From contig OX597830.1 in assembly GCA_951406725.2 (NCBI GenBank), positions 59,830,001 through 59,894,000 of the forward strand: a DNA stretch of 64,000 nt, read 5' to 3'. Within the stretch, counting starts at the first letter, position 1, and each line of letters begins with the position of its first letter. Shown one piece after another: positions 1 to 13,395 of this stretch. A model generated the notes under the pieces. The model had not been told where the DNA came from. It ran no database searches and saw only the letters and a list, made by a program, of their open reading frames with translations. The position numbers and the translations under genes are program-made. Origin of the DNA: Octopus vulgaris. Taxonomy: Eukaryota.

Positions 1-21
1 TGATAATGATGGTTGTCATTT

Positions 22-370
22 TGGTAGTAGTAGAAGTTGTAGTAGTAGTAGTAGTAGTAGTAGTAATAGTTGTTGTTGTAGTAGCAGTAGTGGTGGTGGT
101 GGTGGTGGTGGTGGTGATGGTAGTGGTGGTGGTGGTGGTGGTGGTGGTGGTGGTGGTGGTGGCAGTGTGAGGAATGCGTGGTTATTGTGGTGGCGACGAT
201 AATGACGGAGGGTTGGGGTGGGGGACGAGGACGGGCAGCGTGGTGAGATGGATAGATATGAAGGTGTGATGGTGACAGTGAATATTGTGATAATAGAAGC
301 GATGACAGTGGTGGTGGTGGTGGTGGTGGTGGTGGTGGTGGTGGTGGTGGTGGTGGCGGTGGTGGTGGGT
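22..370 (+). repeat. (GTA)n/(GGT)n microsatellite and low-complexity tract
   Basis: Direct reading; explains the poly-Val ORF at 218-520. Confidence 0.95.
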
Positions 371-729
371 GGGATAAGGAGATCATCCCTTTTCCTTTTT
401 ATCTTTTTTTATTATTCCTTTGTGTGTGGGTGGGTGAAAGGGGTGTTGGTGATGGGACATGGGTTGGATTTGGTGCATTATTTGGGGGGTGGGGGAAAGG
501 GCGGACAGTTGCCTTGGTGAATAGAATGAAGGGGGGGGGGGTTGAGTGGAGTGATGGCTGTTCCGAGTGGAGAAGGGGGAAAGAGGATGGTGATGGTGCA
601 GATGGTGGGGGGGATTGCAGGATGTGCATTGGCTAGAGGTGGTGTGGGGTGGGGCTGGGGTGTATTGGTGCGCGGTTCTCAGAAGACAACAATACATTCT
701 ACGTTCTCTGTTCTGCTCTGACATCTATT

Positions 730-1650
<921 letters not shown>

Positions 1651-2391
1651 ATTAAGGCAAGAATGTCTTTAAACACCGAAATAACAAGAGAAATTATCAT
1701 GTGATCACTTTGTCATGAATATTCATCAGTTAAGTGTAAGGCTGACCTTAGTTTGAAATTATTTATGCGTATACGTATCTGTTGTACTTCATGTGTGTGT
1801 TTATGTGGCATAATGAATACGTGTGTGTTTGTGTATATATGTAGGTAATTATGTCTGTCTGTGTGCGTGCGTGCGTGCGTGCGTGTGTATGATGCTAACA
1901 TTTTGCACAAGAATCTTCCTTTGAAACTGAATAATAGCAAGTCTCATCTAAAGTAGCTAGAATCTCTTGTGAAAAGATAGAAGACAACATTTGTCTTCAT
2001 TATTGTATCATTATAATACTAAAATTCAAATTTTGTTTGTATGTTTGGATGTTCCGCGATTTGAGAGTAAACAGTGTATTATGGCAATAAAATGCTCTCG
2101 ACTAATGTGCTCTTACACTGAAGCCCTTTTTCGCTTAAAAAGTCATTTCCCAGCATTTCTGTTACTGGAACCTTCAAAATAGAAAAAAAATTTGTTTAGT
2201 ATAATATCAACGCGTTAAAGAAAGTTATCGCCATTGCTGCACGACCAAAAAAAACGAAAAGAACTTGCAAGCAACAGACACACACATATACATACGAAAC
2301 GGCACGTGTACGTTTACATACTTAGAGACAAGCTACTCGTTAGGAAGACACACACACACATGCACACGTGCATGAAGAGAATCACGCGCGT

Positions 2392-2427
<36 letters not shown>

Positions 2428-2774
2428 CAACAACAACAACAACAACGGCGATGACAACAACACACACTCACTATACAACCTCCTACGACTAACAGACGTA
2501 TTTTATGAGCGACTCAGTGTGTGTGTGTGTGTGTGACTCTGCATGCGCATTTAACTACCCCAGGCAAGGCCGTGTGCTATTGCTTGGTGGGATTCTATTA
2601 CAGCGTTCCCGGACAAAAATGACATTTGCAATGTGTATTCATTGACGAAAATATCAGTATTGTGCTGTTTCCAAAGTTAAAAATGAAATATGGAAGAAAT
2701 ATGAAATGCCCAAAAGCGACGACAAAATATTATAGAATCTGTAGATTTTGACAATGAGCATTGTTCATTTAAAT

Positions 2775-3050
2775 CAGTGGTTCCTAAACTTTTTCGGACA
2801 GCCGATCCCTTGGCCCCTGGGCTACATTCCTAGTGTCTTCCCCACCACAAACATAGACCACTTTCTGCAGCAAATTCAAAACAACTGCATCTCACAGATA
2901 TAACTTAACCTAATTAACCCATTATTTCGTTGTTTTTACATTCATTGTCTCCTTGTCCCCAGTCCATTATCACCCCACTTTTCTTCAATGCTTCCTTGGA
3001 TATTTCCATCAGTCCCAGGAGGGTAGTGCCGCACTCATTGGGAACCACTT
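2775..3050. mobile_element. Degenerate hAT-type MITE
   Basis: Starts cagtggttcctaaac and ends attgggaaccactt, i.e. CAGTGGTTCC terminal inverted repeats typical of hAT/Charlie MITEs. Confidence 0.55.
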
Positions 3051-3497
3051 ATATAAGTGAACCCCGACTCGTTAACTTAAAATGAAAGCTCACCCATAAC
3101 ATACTCCTGGCGCCATCTTAGCGTGACACAATACGTGCTTTTAAACTATAGCAGCCTTTCTCTCCAGTTTCACTCACGAGGCTTGAGTTACCTTGCGTCG
3201 ATGACAAAGACATTTGGCCAAGATACTGCGCAGTAAGGTCGTATATGTGATTTCATGATTGCGTAGCAAACCTTTTAACTGCTTAACAATGCCTACGTCC
3301 ACCGAAGCAATTTTGTGACAGTAAAATAGGGCGGGGGAAAAAGAAAAAGAAATGAAAGTAATCAAAAGAAAATCAAAAGTATAAAAATATCTTAATGGTA
3401 ATTTGAAAAATACATTATGCATTTATCATCGCTTATCATGATGAGTTGGTTAAAAATGGGGAAAACACCGTGTTAAATGAATCAGTGATAAATGACT

Positions 3498-3661
3498 AGG
3501 CACAGACGTGACAAAGCTGTAAGAAGCTTGCTTCCCAACCACGTGGTTCTGGGTTCAGTTCCATTGCGTGGCACATTGGGCAAGTGTCTTCCACTCTAGC
3601 TTCGGGTCGACTAAAGCCTTGTGAGTAGATTTGCTAGACGGAAAATGAATGAAACCCGTCG

Positions 3662-3733
<72 letters not shown>

Positions 3734-4205
3734 TAAATATCGAATTTTGAAAATGAGTGCTCAACACTGCATTGGTGGATATAATTTCTTTATTTGTGAA
3801 TGAAAGCTCTCCATTTTAGAATATACAGTCTTCCAAAAACACAATTTTCCAAAATGGAGGCTTGAAAAAGTGTTTAGACACTAGGATACTTTCCTACTTT
3901 TCTTAACATGAAACCAATTCACAAATAAAGAAATAAATACACACACGTATATATGCATGTATGTGTGTGTGTATATGTGTGTGCGTGTGTGTCTGTATCT
4001 ATGTTTGTCTCCACCACCGTTTGACAACCGGTGTTGGTGTATTTATGTTCCAGAACTTAGCGGTTCGGCAAAAGAGACCCATAGAATAAGTATCAGGCTT
4101 AAAAGTTAAATAAGTACACGGGTTGATTCAGTTGACTAAAAATTCTTCGGGGAGGTGCTCCAGCATGACCGCAGTCTAATGGCTGAAACAAGGGGAAGAT
4201 AAAGG
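3498..4205 (+). mobile_element. SINE family A (tRNA-like head, CORE-like segment, internal microsatellite), split copy
   Basis: Head ...gggttcagttccattgcgtggcacattgggcaagtgtctt at 3498-3665; tail ...cagcatgaccgcagtctaatggctgaaacaag at about 3990-4200. Matches the copies at 26347 and 31315. Confidence 0.85.
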
Positions 4206-4514
4206 ATAAAGATAATAGAACTTATGGGGAAAATAGGTTTCGTTCTGAGAACTGAAGTTGTCTTCCTTGACTGACCTAAACTCACATGACGATATTGTTT
4301 CATGTGTGGAAAATGATAGAGCAAACTTGAACAACATATGACCAGTGAATTATAGAAATAATAATAAAAACATTTCTACCATAAGGAGAAACTTTGATTG
4401 ATTGCTGATCGATGTTTTCTCAGATCAATTCGCAAGGAGCGTAACATGGTTCACGATTCAATTTTCCGTGTTATTTCAGATCTGTGGTGAATGAACCAGC
4501 GGTGCACGACGATG

Positions 4515-4618
4515 GCTCTGGGTTCAGTCTCACTCCGTGGCACCTTGGGCAAGGGTCTTTTGCTATAGTCCAAAGCCTTGTTAGTGGGATTTGGTACACG
4601 GAAACTGAAAGAAGCCCG

Positions 4619-4686
<68 letters not shown>

Positions 4687-4885
4687 TGACCTCACCACCG
4701 CTTGAGAACCGGTGTTAATGTGTTTACGTTCCTCTAGTTTAGCTGTTCGGCAAAAGAGACCGATAGAATAAGTGCCAGGCTTTAAAAAGTACTGGTGTCG
4801 ATTCATTCGATTACAAATTCCTCAAGATGGTGCCCCAGCATGACCGCAATCTAATGATTGAAACAATATACAATATAAAAGATTT
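4515..4885 (+). mobile_element. SINE family A copy
   Basis: gcaccttgggcaag...gaaactgaaagaagcccgtcg-(GT)n-...cagcatgaccgcaatctaatgattgaaacaa. Confidence 0.9.
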
Positions 4886-5479
4886 ATAGGACAAATTAGA
4901 TTATTGAAAATGTAATCATGATTGCTGGACACGTCATCATACAAACAGGTGCCATCGCAGTTTATTCTTTACCAATTTTCACTTCACTTCATTAAACTGA
5001 AAATTTGACCACAGGATACATTTAGAATCCCGAAATAATGAATAACTTTATGAATATAAAAGTTCCGTTACCTAATCTGACCTGAAACCCAAATACCGGA
5101 GATCAAACGCACACCAGGTAGACTCTATGTTTAAATCATATATTAGGAAGAAATGTGTTAATGAAATATGTATTTCTTATCTATGCTACTATCGTCGTTT
5201 TCAGTTTTTCGTTTTATTTTCTCACATTTTACTTTTATAACATTCGTATCTTAAAATAAAATTAAAGATAAGAATTTCACCCAACATGTAAGCAACGTAT
5301 AATTTATACATTTATAATTACGTGCCTGAAATGATGAGAGTACAATTTGAAGGACTTTACATTATTTTTATAATTGAAAATGATAAAGTACTGCATGTTC
5401 TTTCTTTCCGAGTTTTCTGTTTACGAATATATATCTTTATACGTGTTGCGCATATTGATATTATATATACATGTAGATA

Positions 5480-5876
5480 TCTTTATATATAAAAGAGAGG
5501 TTGTGTGTCTGTCTCCTACGATTTAGATTCCTAACTACTCCCACATTTTGCGGTGCAGTTTAACCAAAACCGGGTATCTTATAGTCGTGATTCATATCGA
5601 GCCCTTCTGGGTATTAGCGCGCGTCTACGATGAGTCTACGATTTAAAAAAAAATTTACCATCATTTTTTTCTATTTTAATGCATTTTTTCGCTATTATAT
5701 AAGGGAAGTAACTCTCTAAAAATGTCTACGATGAGTCAACGATTTAAAAAAAATTTACCATCATTTTTTTCCTATTTTTAATGCATTTTTTTGCTATTTT
5801 TTGGCTATAACTCTATAAAAATGCTTATATAGTTATTTCCCTTACAAACTCGAGCAACGCCGGGCGATACTGCTAG
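5480..5876 (+). mobile_element. Non-autonomous Helitron
   Basis: Inserted between A and T; 5' TC (tctttatatataaaag); 3' subterminal GC hairpin ctcgagcaacgccggg followed by CTAG; no TSD; internal duplication at 5623-5690/5724-5792. Confidence 0.8.
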
Positions 5877-5975
5877 TGATATATAAATTATAGAGTAAAT
5901 TGACAATGTAGTTTATTCTGTAATCGGTAAAATAATCCATGATGCATTTAAAAAAGACGATAATGAAAACTGGAA

Positions 5976-6119
5976 AAGAGATGAGACTGTCAAGAGATGA
6001 GACTGTCAAGAGATGAGAGTGTCAAGAGATGAGACTGTCAAGAGATGAGAGTGTCAAGAGATGAGACTGTCAAGAGATGAAGAGATGAGACTGTCAAGAG
6101 ATGAGACTGTCAAGAGATG
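5976..6119 (+). repeat. 16-bp minisatellite (aagagatgagactgtc), about 9 units
   Basis: Direct reading; two c>g variant units and one truncated unit. Confidence 0.95.
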
Positions 6120-6648
6120 TGCTCGTTTTTTGCTAAACCTTGGAGTAATATTTGACACTGCTGGACGTCAAGCATCTTTTTCAGCGTTGAACGATTTTTG
6201 GCTTTAGTAAGGGTTAAAGCCGAAAAAAGTCATTTCACATTGGTATGTAGTACTAAATGACTAAAGAACATTATATGCCATTTCAGAAATAACATATAAA
6301 CTGAAATTCAAGGGTTTGAATTTAATTTTCGCGATCCATAGTTTAAGAAGCGCTGATCTAAAAAGTATTCCACTCATAGTCTTTTTTTTCCAGACGTTGT
6401 AATATTTGGGAAAAAATAATGAAATAGATCTTTTCTAGTCGTAGGTCGGCACGTTGGGAATCAAAGGAGATTTGTCTACGATATTTAACAGGCCGAGCAA
6501 ACTAATTGGGTCTTTTTACTCTATTTTATTGCTATGTTAAGCAATATGAACTTATGTATACCTGTATGCAGTTTTAGAATAGAAAAAAAGAAAAGGAAAA
6601 AGGAAAAAGGAAAATAGTCTAAAGAAAGTTAACTATGACACAGTGGGT

Positions 6649-6780
6649 GCATCATCATCATCATCATCATCATCATCTTCTTCTTCTTCTTCTTCTTCTT
6701 CTTCTTCTTCTTCTTCTTCTTCTTCTTCTTCTTCTTCTTCTTCTTCTTCTTCTTCTTCTTCTTCTTCTTCTTCTTCTTCA
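6649..6780 (+). repeat. (CAT)n-(CTT)n compound trinucleotide microsatellite
   Basis: Direct reading. Confidence 0.97.
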
Positions 6781-7074
6781 TTGTTTTTGAGTTGTACTTC
6801 CAACTCCACTGCATGGAGTTCTGATGCGTCTTCCGGAATTTTACTCTCTAATGTATTCTTTAAGAGTGAAGTTCCGTCAACAGAAAGTGATATCGGTATG
6901 GGGGAGAATCAATCTTAAGTAACAATTTCTGAAAAACTATATATATATCAGTGAGATAAAATAAAAGTATGTGTAAATACAAATATAAATGTAAATATCA
7001 ACGTTTTTTATTATCTCCCTTTCTCTAGTAAAGAAGAGGTATAATATGCTAGAACATTTCCATCACACGAATTT

Positions 7075-7493
7075 GGGAGAGCTGGTCGAATCGGTTGCAT
7101 GCCGGACAAAATGTTTAGCGGAATTCTTTCGATTTCACATTCTGAGGTCGACTTTACTTTTCATCTATTCGGGGGTCAATAAAATAAGTACCTTTTGAGC
7201 ACTAAAATCGTTGTAATCGACTAGCCCCCAAACCCAGATTTTTAAGCTTTCTGCATCTACAAGACAGAAAGAAATATTGGTTTCAAATTTTGGCACAAGG
7301 CCAGCAATTTTAGAGGCAGAAGGTTAGTCGATTACATCGACCCCACTGCTCAGTTGATACTTATTTAATTGAGCCCGAAAGAATGAAAAGCAAAGTCGAC
7401 CTTGGTGGAATGTGAACTCGGAACGCAAAGGCGGACGAAATGCCGCTAAGCATTTTGCCCGGCGTGCTAACGGTTCGGCTAACTTGCCGCCTT
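7075..7493. mobile_element. Two SINE family B copies tail-to-tail (+ 7075-7272, - 7273-7493)
   Basis: Both contain the gtcgactttgcctttcatcctttcggggtcgataaaataagtacc (Deu/Nin-domain-like) core and the tRNA-like head ggcggcgagctggcagaa. Confidence 0.85.
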
Positions 7494-7667
7494 AGTAGCA
7501 AAAAATATTTCCATCACTTGCTTATCACAACATCCGAACTTTTCCGTTTTCCTTTCCTTGTCTGTTTTCCTTTCCTCGAGAAACTTATTTTATCCGAGAC
7601 TTTTATTTTCACTTTTATACACAGCAAAACATATGGACTTCCAATTTATTTTAAAATATCTTTATTC

Positions 7668-7900
7668 ATATTGTTGTATTTAGGAATGGTCATGTTGCCA
7701 GTTTAGCCAATAAAAACACACGCACTATATATTTGGTGTTAATTTCTTCAGCTTTATTTATTTTTTACATTAATCGCCGAAATAAGATTAAGATTAATGT
7801 AAAAAATGAATAAAGCTGAAGCAAATTAAGACCAAATATATAGTGCGTGTGTTTTTATTGGCTAAACTGGCAACATGACCATTCCTAAATACAACAATAT
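7668..7900. repeat. Long inverted repeat (108/109-bp arms, 16-nt loop)
   Basis: Arm 7668-7775 is the reverse complement of arm 7792-7900 with two substitutions and one indel. Confidence 0.95.
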
Positions 7901-8829
7901 ATGTTTCAACACACGATTTCACATCAAGAATCTTGCAAAACAAATATATATCTTTATTCAGTTGGATTAATTAGGCTAACACAAATCCACAGAGGATTTC
8001 TTGAATCTTAAGCTTTTGTATCAAAAAGTGAGAATCCAACACATAATGATTTAGTTGGCGCTTGCTGTCGAAATATTTCCAATGTCTTTTATATTTTGAA
8101 AGTGGCAGCAAACTATGTCGAATATAGATAATAGTTATCACCTTGCTATCAAGACTTTGCATTTTAAAAGTTTTATTTTTAAAATTTCAAAAAGAAATCT
8201 CTTGAAATATGTTTTATGACGGACATCTTATCAGAATACTCTCTCAGGTCAATAACATTGCGGTCAATGGCTTGTAGTAATAACACGTACACAGATAAAC
8301 AGAGAAAGAAAGTGAGGGGGAGAGGAAGCAGTGAGAGGAGGAGGAGAGAGAGAAAGGAGAGACCCACTCATACGCACACACCTACATAGCCAAACATTAT
8401 ATAGAATTATGTACAAACTGACATAGGAGCACATACGCAGTAGATTATAGTAATAAAATAGATTCGCTGATATACGCACGCATGTACATGCACATATATA
8501 TATATGAACATATGTGCAATAACCTGCAGTAAAAACATACATACAAACTTATAGAGACACACACATATATAACGACATATGAACACAAACAGTGCCATAC
8601 ACACACACACATATACACTCAAACATATGAGCAAATGCACACACACACATACACATATATACACACACACATACAAACACACGTGCATACTCACTCATTT
8701 GCTAAGATATATATAGAGTCAGAGAGATCTGCTGCCTGCATATATACATGCATAGACACAGTCTTTTGTCTCATATAATTATGACGTATACACGCACGAG
8801 AGTGTGTAGAGATCACGTATCTACAAAAT

Positions 8830-9397
8830 GGATTCAAGAAGTTTCCAGATATCTTCAGAAGAGACATTTATGAATTCCAAAGAAGTACAAAACTCTAATC
8901 TCTTTCAAACTAGAACCCTCTGACTTCAATACACTTGTTCTAGCGCTCCAGCCATTTCATGATGGCCCCATGGAGGTCCCCCAAACCGAAGATACTCAAG
9001 ACCCTTGCCACAGCCTCTTTCATCTTCAAACGATTCGTCCCTGAGGTTTGTCCTTCAGCTTGGAGAACGACCAAAAGTCACAGGAAGCAAGGTCTGGACT
9101 GCAGGGAATGTGGGGGATAGTTTTGATGTCTATTTCTGTCAAGTAATTAGTTACCAGGATGCTCATTACTGAGCACCTTGGGAAAAAACTTTGCACAAAT
9201 TTTCAGAAATTCATGAATAATTCTGTGTACAGTCGCTACATTAACTCCAAACTCAATGCTTATTGTCTTTAGACACACACAAGTCTTCACACAGAAAATT
9301 GCGTCTTTTCTCAACCAGCTTTGATGTTTTGTTGCTTCTCTCCCTCCCATACTTATCATCGTCTCACACCTTATCTCTATCGTCCTTGAACCTCTTG

Positions 9398-9400
<3 letters not shown>
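8830..9400 (-). pseudogene. Decayed mariner (Tc1/mariner) transposase
   Basis: Minus strand gives HTH-like TISIEFGVNVATVHRIIHEFLKICAKFFPKVLS and PHIPCSPDLASCDFWSFSKLK, matching the mariner HPPYSPDLAPxDF motif; frameshifts and deletions present. Confidence 0.85.
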
Positions 9401-9428
<28 letters not shown>

Positions 9429-10186
9429 CATACATACATACATACATACATACATACATACATACATACACACACACACATACGTAGACATACAGGTAAA
9501 CGTACACAGATACCTGTATGTATATCCGAAATTTCGAAGTCACCGTCAACAACATTCTTGGTTAAGAAAAATAAATTTGTACTCTACAACAACATAGAGT
9601 AACTCAGATTAATGTAAAACTGTTTTTATTATAAGTGAATATAAAAAAAAAACAAATATCGGAATAGGTATATATAATTGTATATGTATGTGTGTATATG
9701 TGTGAGTATGTGAGACTGTGTATGTGTGTGTATCTCGTGGTGAATTCCTAGAGTCGCTACAGTCGCTATAGTCGCTCCGAGCTCAAATCTCGCTGGAGAC
9801 AACTTTGTCTTTCATCAGCACGAGGTCAATAATTAAAATACCAGAGAACGGCGGGTTGACCAAATTAAAATGGGATGAGATGGATGGCTTTGTGAATGCC
9901 TTGTCTTCTGACAGTAACACAGGCGATCACATTGGAATCATGGCGTATCAGCTGGCAATGCATTCCTCGAGGACAATATTGGTAGCATAAAGAAAGAAAG
10001 GTGGTGTGTGTGTGTGTGGGGGGGGGTGTATATACTTAGATAACAACTCTTCTATGAAAATTTTTGCATAGTGCTGCACCTCGAAGAAGCTTCAGCTATT
10101 CAAACTGCCTGTAACAAAATGGCAAAAATGTCAATGATACGCATATGTGTACGTGTGTGTGTGTGTACATGTGTGTATATATATAA

Positions 10187-10257
<71 letters not shown>

Positions 10258-10412
10258 CGTATGTATGTATGTATGTATGTATGTATGTATGTATGTATGT
10301 ATAGTTAAAATTTACAGTAAACAAAAAACGAAGACAGGTGAGAGAAAATGAAATGTGTAAGGATTAACGGTTCAACATAATTTCATCATGTTGAACCGTT
10401 AATGTGTATGAG

Positions 10413-10471
<59 letters not shown>

Positions 10472-10532
10472 ACGCATGTACGTATATATATATATATATA
10501 TATATATCCCTCTATCTATCTATCTATCTATC

Positions 10533-10572
<40 letters not shown>

Positions 10573-10730
10573 TACATATATCCTATATGTATATATATCC
10601 TGTATATATGTATATTATAAAAATATATATATAAAATATATATAAGGATATTGTTGTTTATAATAATATTAAGTGGTATAGAATGCGTATATAACCATCA
10701 AGGTAATACCATAAGGTAAACAATTATTAA

Positions 10731-10955
10731 TTAATAATTAAGGGTGCTACATGTGGCACTAGCTAGCACACTAAAAATACGGGTATGACTGGCTTTTCAG
10801 TTTCCGATTCTTTTCGCTTTTGTTAAGGGGTTAAGAATTTCTGCTCATTCCCACGATTTCAATTAATGTGTATCAGTGAAAAGTTATGGTTGTAGTCGTT
10901 TTCTGGCTGCTATTTTTAGCCTGCTGTTACCACTTGTAGCACCCTTACTTATTAA
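10731..10955. mobile_element. Microsatellite-embedded insert with 26-bp inverted termini (MITE or Penelope-like fragment)
   Basis: ttaataattaagggtgctacatgtgg (10731-10756) matches the reverse complement of 10930-10955 at 24/26. Confidence 0.5.
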
Positions 10956-11026
10956 CATATACAACATATACATACATACATACATACATACATACATACA
11001 TACATACATACATACATACATACATA

Positions 11027-11325
11027 CATCACCATGACCGACCAGACTATCAGATGTTGCTACACATCGCTGGTCACAATGCTCTTCACATTGTTTTAAC
11101 CTTCAAATGACGCCACCCCGCTGGCTAAGCCAACAGAAGAAAGAGTGAGAGAAAGTTGGGCGAAAGAGTACAGCAGGGACCGCCACCACCCCCTGCCGGA
11201 GACTCGTGGAGCTTTAGGTGTTTTCGCTCAATAAACACTCACAACGCCCGGTTGTGAGTGAATCGAAACCGCAATCCTACAACCGCGAGTCCGCTGCCCT
11301 AACCACTGGGCCATTGCGCCTCCAC
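11027..11325 (-). mobile_element. SINE family C (tRNA-derived), full length
   Basis: Reverse complement of 22750-23053; A box TGGCCCAGTGG, B box GTTTCGATTC; tail ...tggtcggtcatggtgatg. Confidence 0.9.
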
Positions 11326-12373
11326 ACATACATATATTCATACATATATTCATACATATATCTATGTCTGGATGGATGCATGATGTATGTATGTATGTAT
11401 GCATGTATGTTCAACATCTGAACAGTATCCTTAAGTGTTAAATACTTACCGAGTTTTTCTCCGAACTCTCCCTTACATAATAGTTGAGGAATGCCATTAA
11501 ATCTCTGTCCATGAATATCTACATATAACGGCTTCTAATGAAGATGGAATGAACCGAGTAGTTCCCTTCGAAAGCTCTGTTAGCTAATTGATGGATGTTC
11601 CAACATAGCATTTTGAAAATTCACCTTTAAACTACTGCAGAAAATTCGCGATCCAGCATGTGATGTCCTTCCATAGTCACACAATAGGCATTGCCGATTC
11701 ACCCTTAAGGGTTGAGATGTTCAGTCAACACAATCTCAATAAGAAAAGATCCAGAAGTCAAACAGTTCATTTGAAAATTTCAGGTTAGAATACAATAGAA
11801 TTATGTCTTAACTTGTGTGTCAACCATAAGGAGATGAATGTTATAATACATCATATCACAATTGTGTGTCTATGACTATAAACATTCTGTGCGTACACAC
11901 ACACACACACACACACACATGTTCGCAGGCACACTCACAAACATACACGCACAGAGACACATACACACGTACACAAACACACATGCATCAGATACAAAGC
12001 AGTCGAAACAAGGTATTCAATGCAGAGAGAAGTTAATCTTTTTGGCGTGTCATCTCCAATAACTACCCACACATACACCACCACCACCACCACCACCGCC
12101 GCCGCCGCCGCCGCCGCAGCCGCCACCGCCGCCACTGCAACAACAACAACAACTTTATCCAGGAAGTTTTCTACAATATACTAGCAAGCAGAAATCATAA
12201 ACAGAGAGATCCCCCCACCCCAAAAAAAATCGATGGCCCTTTTGAAGATATGAAGATTTCACAAATGCAGCGGCAAACATTTTTTTATATCTATCTATCT
12301 ATCTATACACAGACGCTTATATGTATATGTGAACATTTATCTATATGTGTGCGTGTATATTTGTGTGTATGTG

Positions 12374-12444
<71 letters not shown>

Positions 12445-12574
12445 TTAGACGGACAGGAGTAAACAAAGACGGGTCATTCGCAGTCCTCTCTCATCAGTCA
12501 AGTTTCCAAATCATCCTTAAAGTTTCGGCCGGTTACATTTGAGAATGTTCAAATCTGGCTGGCCGCAGATTTGA

Positions 12575-12625
<51 letters not shown>

Positions 12626-12817
12626 TATGTATGTATGTATGTATGTATATGCATATATATATGTTTGTGTGTGTGTCTATGTGTGTGTGTGTACATACCA
12701 ACACCCGCACTCGTGCAAAGGGTCCCTGCAGGGTTTCACTTACCAAGGTACCTATAAGTTATCAGTCGATCCGGTGCTGTAGTAGAAAACACTTGTCCAA
12801 TATTTTATGCGATGGGA

Positions 12818-13395
12818 AGGCGGCGAGTTGGTAGAATGGTTAGCACGTCGGGCAAAATACTTACCGGCATTTCGTTCGTTTTTACGTTCTGAATTCGGGG
12901 TCGATAAAATATATGCCTGTTGAGCACTTACTTGTACTTATGGCGACATTCACCCTGGGCGGGTTGAGTCGGCTTCTTCTACCACCCTCGAGGCATCTCG
13001 AACCATGGCAGTGGAAGAAGTTTCGTGGGAATATGTGGATTTCACAAGCGGTCCCCAACATCCTGTTTGCCGCAGATTGTCCGCAGACGCAGGGACAGAA
13101 CGACCGAGGTGCCGCCGGTTGCCGAAACAGACACTCCGAGGATTTTCACCAGAGCCCCGTCTGCCGGGTTGTCGCCCTAATACCACTCGGTGTCAGACCA
13201 ATCCGCCTTGGGTGGCCCTACCAGGAACCGAAGTTCCCGACGGCATAGCTCTGACACTACCCGTTACCAGCGTTCCCACCACGGTGAGGAGGGGATAGAC
13301 CTTGGAGACGCCTGTTGAGCACTGGCGTTGATGGAATCTACTTAGCCCCATCCCACAAAAACTGATGGCCTTGAGCCAAAATTTGAAGCCAATAT
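12818..13395 (+). mobile_element. SINE family B copy interrupted by a 381-bp insert
   Basis: Head aaggcggcgagttggtagaatggttagcacg at 12817; continues after 13310 to ...gccaaaatttgaagccaata. Confidence 0.8.
12929..13309 (-). mobile_element. Short non-autonomous LINE derivative (LINE 5'-UTR-like body plus short tail), TSD-flanked
   Basis: 14-bp direct repeats gcctgttgagcact at 12915-12928 and 13310-13323; minus strand has agagctatgcc...cctggtagggccacccaaggcgga, resembling RTE/HERO 5' ends, and ends taagtacaagta. Confidence 0.7.

Noticed and set aside
5976-6119. CRISPR-like array
   Set aside because: Contiguous tandem units without spacers, eukaryotic context, no cas genes.
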